Assembly: GCA_048939765.1 (NCBI GenBank)
Contig: JBHLPF010000001.1
Span: 32,001 to 96,000 of the forward strand
DNA from: Promethearchaeota archaeon
Lineage (GTDB): Archaea; Asgardarchaeota; Thorarchaeia; Thorarchaeales; Thorarchaeaceae
Length of the DNA: 64,000 bases
Direction of reading: 5' to 3'
Shown here: piece by piece, positions 56,843-64,000 of the stretch
How the letters are laid out: each line of letters opens with the position of its first letter
Numbering within the stretch: position 1 is the stretch's first letter
The notes under the pieces: model-generated
Told to the model about the DNA's origin: nothing
Seen by the model: the letters and a program-made list of their open reading frames with translations, nothing else
The model's database searches: none
Made by a program: the position numbers and the translations under genes

Positions 56843-58159
56843 CTATCTCTCCTCACCTGATAGATATTCTTTCAAATACTCGTAATCTTTCGTCAGTTCT
56901 CCTTGATATACAATCACAGCATCCTTGAGCTCCCTAGGCAGTTCGAGGTTCTCAAATGGAACCGTGAAATCTGTATTCGCCAGCGCAGGTATGTAGTCCA
57001 AAAGGGTTTCGCTAAACGAAGTTGATGACTCCCGAGGAAGTTCAGCGGGAAGATTGTCAACAGCCATCACCGCCGGGCCTTCTCCTTCTACGCCAGCTTC
57101 TGCTCTATTCTCGTCTACTAGATAGGTAAATGCAGGACTTCCAGGATTGGCTGTTCTGACTGTGAACTCAATGGCACCGTCAACGTCACAGGAGATATCA
57201 CCAACGACCTCGAGCCGCCTATTCTTGTCTTTCCAGTGACCTCTGATGAAGTCCTTTGTTATGAGACGGGGGTATTTCTCAGTCCAGTATATACAATTCA
57301 TAATAACTGGCATGTAAGGAACATACCTGTGGAAGACTCCCCGATACTTTGCACCACCATGCTTGTAGTAGTCCTGGAGATCGAACTCAACGCCTTGTTC
57401 CTTTGGTTCTACCATGTGCTCCTCCTTGAAGACACATTTGTACAAGATATTCGATTTTGGACTTGATATCTTGGATAATTGAGCTGGTTCCACTTCTTCG
57501 TAGGGCAAGATATTGAACATCTGTTGTGCGCCGCGTGAAACATTTCCATATCCAGCAAATCCGATTACAAAGGGAGTCATGTTCTCCGGTAGACCCATAT
57601 TCGTTATTCTCTCACCGAGTGCTTCAAATTCCTCTCTGACTTCTGAGAGATTCTTGCATTCTAGAGTAGGTTTCATACCAGCAAAAGGATTGGGGGTGAT
57701 TCCTTTGCAATCTAATCGTTCCCCCAATACTCTGAGTGTATCTGAAATCCCGGCCATTCCAGCCCAGTTTCCAAAGAAAATTAATCGTCTGCCTTTTTCA
57801 TCCACAACACGCTCATAGTCTATCAGTGTCGCACCCACATCGAGAATTTGTTGGAGCATGTCCATATTGTCTTCTTGTCCCTTGATTGTATGACTGAAGA
57901 AGACGTACACTTTCCCCTTCTCGAAGAAGTTGATTGGCATCTCCTTGATTCCTAGAATCACAGGTACCTCACTGCCTTTCAAAGACTTGACTTCTGCCCC
58001 TGCATCGATGAAATCTTGGGCGGCAAATGTACGCTGATCACTAGGCTCCACAACAAATCGAATGTTGTACTTCCCTGCAAGATTTTCAATATGTTTGGGT
58101 ATCAGAGGCACCCTTGATTCGAATGCCTTCTCTTCACTTCGTAGTCCGATGATGTTCAT
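56843..58159 (-). CDS. Lysine-ketoglutarate reductase (LKR domain of AASS-like)
   Basis: ESRVPL, GIKEMP, FFSHTIKGQ, IDYE, DISCD, AVDNLPAELP. Confidence 0.88.
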   Translation of the reverse strand: MNIIGLRSEEKAFESRVPLIPKHIENLAGKYNIRFVVEPSDQRTFAAQDFIDAGAEVKSLKGSEVPVILGIKEMPINFFEKGKVYVFFSHTIKGQEDNMDMLQQILDVGATLIDYERVVDEKGRRLIFFGNWAGMAGISDTLRVLGERLDCKGITPNPFAGMKPTLECKNLSEVREEFEALGERITNMGLPENMTPFVIGFAGYGNVSRGAQQMFNILPYEEVEPAQLSKISSPKSNILYKCVFKEEHMVEPKEQGVEFDLQDYYKHGGAKYRGVFHRYVPYMPVIMNCIYWTEKYPRLITKDFIRGHWKDKNRRLEVVGDISCDVDGAIEFTVRTANPGSPAFTYLVDENRAEAGVEGEGPAVMAVDNLPAELPRESSTSFSETLLDYIPALANTDFTVPFENLELPRELKDAVIVYQGELTKDYEYLKEYLSGEER

Positions 58160-58568
58160 TCGGGAGCTCCTGCCTGGCTGCAGACATTGCCGCGTGGAAC
58201 AATTCCTATGCATTAACCTTTCCATTTCGGACCAATTTTGTATTACTAAGACTGAAAATGTGAACATGTGTTCCAATTTTATGACATTTTTCCTCTATTT
58301 GTATGATTGTCGGCGCGCTCGCGAAACCAATGCTCGACGTGTTTCATTTACTAAGGAGCTCTATGGATATACCTACACATGGAAGACAAAGATGGGGATT
58401 AGACAGAAAAGAAAGCCAGGTCTTATTGATACATCAGGGGCATTAGCAGTGGCTGACTCTGCAATATTGGTGCCTGGAGAATATAGATCTCTCTTCGATT
58501 CATTGTTCAGATCCTATTCTGACATATTGAAGGCTAGGGTTTTTGAAGTTCTAAGAGAGATTTGATTA

Positions 58569-58814
58569 GAACACGTGTTCCAATACCCAAGACACCCCTT
58601 GATTTCCATTAGAAATCTTTGAAAGTATCGATACTTATCGAAAAGGGTAAATATAAATACCCGTTTGTGGAGCTCGCATTCATCTCCATTTTATCATTAT
58701 TATTCATTCACCGCTCTTGATCCCCCCATTTTATCATTTCCAGTGGAAATGAAGGGGTGTCAGACCATAATATCTGGATATAGGGTATATTAATATGTTA
58801 GAACACGTGTTCTA
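58569..58814. other. Candidate replication origin (oriC): inverted ORB pair bracketed by GAACACGTGTTC palindromes
   Basis: ORB- 58591-58616 and ORB+ 58736-58761 are 23/26 identical; AT-rich spacer with direct repeat CCATTTTATCATT; palindromes at 58569 and 58801. Confidence 0.75.
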
Positions 58815-58934
58815 TGGTATTATGCGTATTACAAAATCAAGGTTTGGGAGCATTTCCAGTACCACAAGGTTGATAGACTGATTTACCTCCGGACGGCTTG
58901 TGCTTGTCGTTTATGGAGATCGGAGGCTAGGTGA

Positions 58935-60827
58935 TTGACCAAACCCAAAGAGCTACTAGAAGATAAAGTAGGAAAGAAAGTACTTCTTCTTGCCAATGAA
59001 GCTATTGCTCGAGGTGTTCTTGAGGCTGGCGTACGACTTGCTGCACTCTATCCTGGAACTCCAAGCAGTGAGATTGGGAATAATCTCACAATCATGGCGC
59101 CTCATATTCCAAACTTCTACTTTGAGTTCAGCGCCAATGAGAAGGTCGCCCTGGAAGTTGCGGGTGCGGCTGCGGTTGCAGGTGTAAGATCGATGATGGT
59201 CTGTAAGGGACCAGGTCTCAATGTAGCAGCTGACCCATTCTTTTCACTGGCCTATGTAGGTATACGAGGCGGTATGGTCATCGTAGTGGCTGACGACCCT
59301 AGTATGTGGAGCTCACAGAATGAGAACGACAGTAGATACTATGCTTTGATGGGCAATATGCCTATGGTTGAGCCAGCTGATCCCGCTGAAGCCAAATCGA
59401 TGGTTCTCAAGGCATACGAGATATCTGAAGAACTAGAGCTTCCTGTACTCCTTAGGACGACAACGCGTGTCAATCATACTAGGTCTCCAGTGGAGTTTGG
59501 AGAAATAAGAAAACGTCCTGCAACTGTGGAATTTGAGAAGGAACCATTTCGATTTGTACCAATTCCAGCAGTCGCTAGAAAACGGCATCCCGTACTTCTT
59601 GAAACTATGAAGAAAGCAATGAAGGTCTCTGAATCAACTCCCTTTAACTTCATCCAGGGTGAGGGAGATCTTGGGATAATCACAAGTGGAGTAGCATACA
59701 ACTATGTCCTTGAGGCACTTTCGTCAATGGAACTCTCAGCGGAAGTTTTCAAACTTGGAATGACCCATCCAGTTCCAGAGGCGAAAATTGGTGAATTCCT
59801 CGAGAAACACAGAAGAGTTGTGATAGTTGAAGAGCTGGAGCCGTTCCTAGAAACCCACGCCAGAAGAATTGCTCAGCTCAATAACATCCCTGTTGAGATC
59901 CTTGGAAAAGAACAAGGATACTTCTCACGAACTTTTGAGTATAGCCCGCGAATTGTCATCACAGCTCTTTCTAAGATTATTAATCGTGATACAAGTATTA
60001 ACTGGGAAGAGATAGACAAGAAGACCGCGGAGCTTCCTGAATTACCTCCGAGACCTCCTCTCCTCTGTGCTGGATGTCCTCATCGTGCAACCTACTATGC
60101 CATACGAACTGCCACACGAGGCAAGGCGATCTATCCTTCTGACATCGGATGTTACACACTCAGTATAGCACCACCCCTTGAAACTGCTGACATTCTCTTT
60201 GACATGGGATCATCAATCACAACAGCTTGTGGAATTGCCCGTGTGACCGGTCAAGATGTTGTGGCAACGATTGGTGACAGTACATTCTTTGCATCGGGAC
60301 TACCCGGTATTGCCAATGCTGTATACAATAGCCATCCAATCAGTCTAGTGGTTCTCGATAACAGAACTACGGCAATGACCGGGCACCAGCCACATCCTGG
60401 TACTGGAGTCACTGGAATGCAAAAACAAGTCGAACCGCTGAATATCGCAGAGATCTGTAAAGGACTTGGGGTGAAGTACGTCAAGACCATACAACCATTC
60501 GATTCCATGGCAACCATTGTTGCGGAAATCAGGGAAATGGTGACATGGGTCAGAGAGAACCAGGCGCCAGCAGTGATGGTGTCAATAGAACCATGCGCTC
60601 TTCTTACGGCTGCAGATAGACAACGAAGCGGCGAATTTCCCCCGAAGTACTATGTTGATGAGGAGGTATGTAATGCATGCAAACGATGCCTGAACCGCCT
60701 ATCCTGTCCAGCTATGTATCAAGATCCTGAAACCGAAAAGGCAGTGATTGACGAGACCCTGTGCAATCTATGTGGCACTTGTGTTTCTGTATGTCCACAA
60801 GGCGCAATCAAACAGGAGGATGCATAG
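58935..60827 (+). CDS. iorA: Indolepyruvate:ferredoxin oxidoreductase alpha
   Basis: YPGTPSSE, NEKVALE, LCAGCPHR, DIGCY, GDST, C-terminal 2x[4Fe-4S]. Confidence 0.94.
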   Translation: MTKPKELLEDKVGKKVLLLANEAIARGVLEAGVRLAALYPGTPSSEIGNNLTIMAPHIPNFYFEFSANEKVALEVAGAAAVAGVRSMMVCKGPGLNVAADPFFSLAYVGIRGGMVIVVADDPSMWSSQNENDSRYYALMGNMPMVEPADPAEAKSMVLKAYEISEELELPVLLRTTTRVNHTRSPVEFGEIRKRPATVEFEKEPFRFVPIPAVARKRHPVLLETMKKAMKVSESTPFNFIQGEGDLGIITSGVAYNYVLEALSSMELSAEVFKLGMTHPVPEAKIGEFLEKHRRVVIVEELEPFLETHARRIAQLNNIPVEILGKEQGYFSRTFEYSPRIVITALSKIINRDTSINWEEIDKKTAELPELPPRPPLLCAGCPHRATYYAIRTATRGKAIYPSDIGCYTLSIAPPLETADILFDMGSSITTACGIARVTGQDVVATIGDSTFFASGLPGIANAVYNSHPISLVVLDNRTTAMTGHQPHPGTGVTGMQKQVEPLNIAEICKGLGVKYVKTIQPFDSMATIVAEIREMVTWVRENQAPAVMVSIEPCALLTAADRQRSGEFPPKYYVDEEVCNACKRCLNRLSCPAMYQDPETEKAVIDETLCNLCGTCVSVCPQGAIKQEDA

Positions 60828-60829
60828 GA

Positions 60830-61444
60830 GTGACTGGTAATAGAAGTAATACAATCAATGTGGCGATCACTGGTGTTGGTGGTCAAGGTGTTCTCACTCT
60901 TGCTGAGATTCTGGCAAAAGCAGCACTTGCAGACTTGTTGAATGTCCGTGTTGGTGAGATTCATGGAATGGCTCAGCGTGGAGGTCATGTTGTTTGTACT
61001 GTTCGGATTGGTGATGGTGCAAAAGGTCCAATAGTCGATCCAGGTACTGCAGATTTACTGGTAGGATTTGAACCAATTGAAACCCTTAGAGAGATTCAGA
61101 CTATTGCAGAGGATGGATGTGTACTACTGAGCTCCCATATTCAGTATCCTGTGGCGGTATCGATGGGCGAGGCGGAATACCCCAATCATGAGGAAATCAT
61201 TAGTGGCATCAAGAAGTTTACTGGTCGAATTCTAGAAGTGGATGCAATGGACTTGGCCCAAAAGGCGGGAAGTTCTATGTCACTGAATATGGTGATGTTA
61301 GGAGGCATCATAGGAACCGGAATCACGCCAATTAAGAAGAAAACAGCGCTTGAGATAGTAAGGTCGACATTCCCAAAGAAGTTCGAACCCATCAATGTAC
61401 AAGCTTTTGAGCTTGGAATGGAAGCCATCGAATCATTGCTTTAG
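60830..61444 (+). CDS. iorB: Indolepyruvate:ferredoxin oxidoreductase beta
   Basis: GVGGQG, EIHGMAQRGG, NMVMLG; GTG start just after the iorA stop. Confidence 0.92.
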   Translation: MTGNRSNTINVAITGVGGQGVLTLAEILAKAALADLLNVRVGEIHGMAQRGGHVVCTVRIGDGAKGPIVDPGTADLLVGFEPIETLREIQTIAEDGCVLLSSHIQYPVAVSMGEAEYPNHEEIISGIKKFTGRILEVDAMDLAQKAGSSMSLNMVMLGGIIGTGITPIKKKTALEIVRSTFPKKFEPINVQAFELGMEAIESLL

Positions 61445-61447
61445 TGT

Positions 61448-63781
61448 TCATTTCATTTGAGCCGCTGCGACAGCCACTTGACCTGCAGACACTCCTCCAT
61501 CCCCAGGTGGTATATGCTTGTGTATCAGAGGCTGCTTTCCTTTCGAACGAATGACATCAATTATTGTTTCAGTAATAATCCGATTCAAAGCCACGCCACC
61601 AGAGAATCCGACATGATTGATGCCTTCGTCATCGGCAATTCTGCAGGCCATCTCAGCAAGGGCTTCCCCCACATGTCGATGCGCAGCAAATGCGATCTTG
61701 TGTGTGGAATATCCCTTTCTTTCCAGTTCCAGAATCTGGTGAAGCGATTCTGCCGAATTCAACTCGACGACATTACCACCTGAAATGAAGTCTGATTCGA
61801 TTTTGAGATCGGAGCTAATCGAGTGTGCCTCGAGCTTCATTGGACATTCGCCGTCGTACGAATTCTCGGAACAGACACCCAATGAAACTGCCACAGCATC
61901 AAGGAACCTACCAACACTGGTGCTCCGTAGGACATTGATATCTTCGGTCATAGCTTGCAGGAGTACTGGCAATGTTTGCTCGTCTATATTCCCATTTGAC
62001 GCAATAGGCTGTCCTAATACAGTTGAAAGAAGTCTTTCAATCGGAAGTCTATTCCCAAGGATTCCTACTAGAGACCGAGCCGCATACCTTGCCGAGAGAT
62101 CTCCTCCTGGGAATGGACTTGGCTTTAATCCTCCCCTTCTTACAAACTCTGCTGCATTTCCGACCAGTATATCACCACCCCATCCATCTCCATCAGGAGA
62201 GTATCCATAACCGTCAGCTGTAATACAGACAATACTTGTATCAAGATTCATATTGTTGTCTATCAGTATTCCTGCGAGATGGGCATGATGATGTTGTACG
62301 CGGAATAATTGAGCATCCATCTTTATAGATAGTTCTTCAGCCAGTTCTGTGCTCAGAAACTCTGGATGCAAGTCACATGCAATGGCATCAACATCATCTA
62401 TTCCAAGCAGAAACATCAGATGATCGATGCTGGTTCTGAGGAAGTCAATGTTCTCGACACGGTCAGTGTCCCCGATATGCTGCGTCATGTATAGCTTCCT
62501 CGACTTGAGGACCACACCAGTCGCTTTCTCTTCGGGTCCCACCGCAACAACTCTCAGTGCTGGGCTACAGTTCACGGTCAAAGGTTCAGGCACATATCCT
62601 CTAGCACGACGGATGAACACTGGACTGTCATTGCCCACAAACTTGATCACTGAGTCATCTGATCTCTGATGAATTCGGCGATTGTGCAGCAAGAAGTAGT
62701 CTGCTATGCCACTCAGCTCTTTGGTAATCACCTGTGGGTCAATATACATCGGTACACCTGTAGGATTCGCGCTTGTCATTACTAGGGCTTCCTCTTCGAG
62801 CTTATCGAACAGGAGATGATGAAGAGGGGCATAGGGTAGCATAACACCCAAGGTGTCCAAGCTCGGAGATATCTCCTCGAGTGATTCTTGAGGTATTGTT
62901 GAACCAGTACATTTTCTGACCAAAACAATAGGCCTTCTCCAAGTCTTCATTAGTTGCATTTCATTCTCGGTGGGTTCACTGAATCGGAAGACTGCATCTA
63001 TGTCCTTTGCCATAATTGCAAATGGCCGTTGAAACCTGCTCTTTCTCTCTCTCAGAACTCTAATTGGTCTATGGTCAGAGGTCTTTGTCACAAGATGTGT
63101 TCCGCCTATGCCTTGCAGAGCTAGAACAGCATTCTGTTCTAAGAGATGTACTGCTTGAGCAATACTATCTATATCTTGCACCAGCTCTCCGTCTTTATCA
63201 TAGAGTCGATATCTTGGTCCACAATCATCACATGCTGTTGTCTGAGCATGATACCTCCGATCCATCGGACTTGTATAACCTGTATTACAAACATTACACA
63301 ATGGAAAGTCCACCATTGTAGTGTTGGGACGGTCATAGGGGAGGCTTGTGATCGTTGAATATCTGGGACCGCACGCCGCGCACGAAGTGAATGGATATTG
63401 ATACCATCTTGAATCCGGACTTTCCAAGTCCTGAATACAGTCATCGCAAATGGCAATATCTGGAGGCATCTCTGGTGCGGACTCGTCATCTCTCACTGTA
63501 GATGAGCGTTGTATTGAGAATGAATCAAAGGAGCTAGCAGGTGAATCCCAATCAACATCAAGCGATTCAATACGGGAGATTGAGGGTGGATTGGATCGAA
63601 GCTGTTCAATTAGATTCTCAATATCCTTGCGATTCCCCTCAACAACTATCTGCACACCCGCATCTCCAAGATTGAGGACATAACCGACCAGCGACAGATT
63701 GCTTGCAACTCGATAGACAAAGGGCCTGAATCCAACTCCTTGAACAATACCCGTCACATGAATCTCAGCTCTTTGTATCAA
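61448..63781 (-). CDS. hypF: Hydrogenase maturation carbamoyltransferase HypF
   Basis: GIVQGVGFRPF, zinc fingers, QHHHAH, PGDGGVSAGQ. Confidence 0.96.
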   Translation of the reverse strand: MIQRAEIHVTGIVQGVGFRPFVYRVASNLSLVGYVLNLGDAGVQIVVEGNRKDIENLIEQLRSNPPSISRIESLDVDWDSPASSFDSFSIQRSSTVRDDESAPEMPPDIAICDDCIQDLESPDSRWYQYPFTSCAACGPRYSTITSLPYDRPNTTMVDFPLCNVCNTGYTSPMDRRYHAQTTACDDCGPRYRLYDKDGELVQDIDSIAQAVHLLEQNAVLALQGIGGTHLVTKTSDHRPIRVLRERKSRFQRPFAIMAKDIDAVFRFSEPTENEMQLMKTWRRPIVLVRKCTGSTIPQESLEEISPSLDTLGVMLPYAPLHHLLFDKLEEEALVMTSANPTGVPMYIDPQVITKELSGIADYFLLHNRRIHQRSDDSVIKFVGNDSPVFIRRARGYVPEPLTVNCSPALRVVAVGPEEKATGVVLKSRKLYMTQHIGDTDRVENIDFLRTSIDHLMFLLGIDDVDAIACDLHPEFLSTELAEELSIKMDAQLFRVQHHHAHLAGILIDNNMNLDTSIVCITADGYGYSPDGDGWGGDILVGNAAEFVRRGGLKPSPFPGGDLSARYAARSLVGILGNRLPIERLLSTVLGQPIASNGNIDEQTLPVLLQAMTEDINVLRSTSVGRFLDAVAVSLGVCSENSYDGECPMKLEAHSISSDLKIESDFISGGNVVELNSAESLHQILELERKGYSTHKIAFAAHRHVGEALAEMACRIADDEGINHVGFSGGVALNRIITETIIDVIRSKGKQPLIHKHIPPGDGGVSAGQVAVAAAQMK

Positions 63782-64000
63782 CCTGGGTAATCCTCGCTAC
63801 GTGGAATCCTATCAGTCTGGGATATTAATCCAATGAAGTAACACGTTTAGAGTGTTAGTGCATTATATGACCTCTTAAGGAGCCAATTGACACAAATCTG
63901 TGAACTGACGTGCGTGCTTCAGGTGACAATACTCGGCCTTTACTATTCGAACCCAAAACTAATCCGTCCATCCTAGCCAGTATTCCAGATTGCTTCAGGA

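Noticed and set aside
58392-58565. 57-aa ORF MGIRQKRK... (tail of ORF 58062-58565)
   Set aside because: No recognisable motif and it lies in the origin-like intergenic region; cannot be supported without homologues.
63856-64000. Open minus-strand frame at the window end
   Set aside because: Too short and featureless to call.
1-64000. Selenoprotein read-through, inteins, transposases, and the many antisense ORFs in the track
   Set aside because: No in-frame TGA splitting a recognisable gene was seen; MCM, RFC and Cdc6 are normal length; no mobile-element motifs; the antisense ORFs are shadows of well-supported genes.

Overview
Core-chromosome window of an archaeon, most likely an Asgard archaeon (Thorarchaeota-like). 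This assignment is inferred from Rpo8, a roadblock + small-GTPase operon and the general protein style; it was not searched. The window holds about 55 CDS: translation and tRNA modification (eS1, uS15, uS10, KEOPS Kae1/Bud32/Pcc1, Trm11, TruA), replication and repair (Cdc6/Orc1, MCM, GINS23, RFC S/L, Hel308, HerA-NurA, degenerate DHH), transcription (Rpo8, divergent TFB) and metabolism (PyrG, GlmS, IPK, KorA, IorAB, LKR+SDH, HypF). There are five tRNA genes; four carry introns (five in total), three of them at non-canonical positions. Most interesting observations: (1) a tandem-roadblock / folliculin-DENN-like / MglA-type GTPase operon; (2) a dispersed pilus or DNA-transfer-like gene set (VirB11/CpaF ATPase, Flp-like pilin, membrane-anchored VirB4/HerA ATPase, VirB2-like protein, two Ig-like surface proteins, divergent TFB); (3) a candidate oriC with inverted ORBs about 23 kb from cdc6, bracketed by a recurrent GAACACGTGTTC palindrome; (4) a second ORB plus a TGTGAAT repeat cluster ahead of a wHTH gene; (5) a candidate box C/D sRNA predicted to methylate C34 of tRNA-Leu(CAA); (6) a tRNA-Glu with an intron at 10/11 and a leader that duplicates its acceptor strand. 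No CRISPR array, rRNA or recognisable transposase/integrase was seen. All family calls come from manual motif recognition, not database searches.
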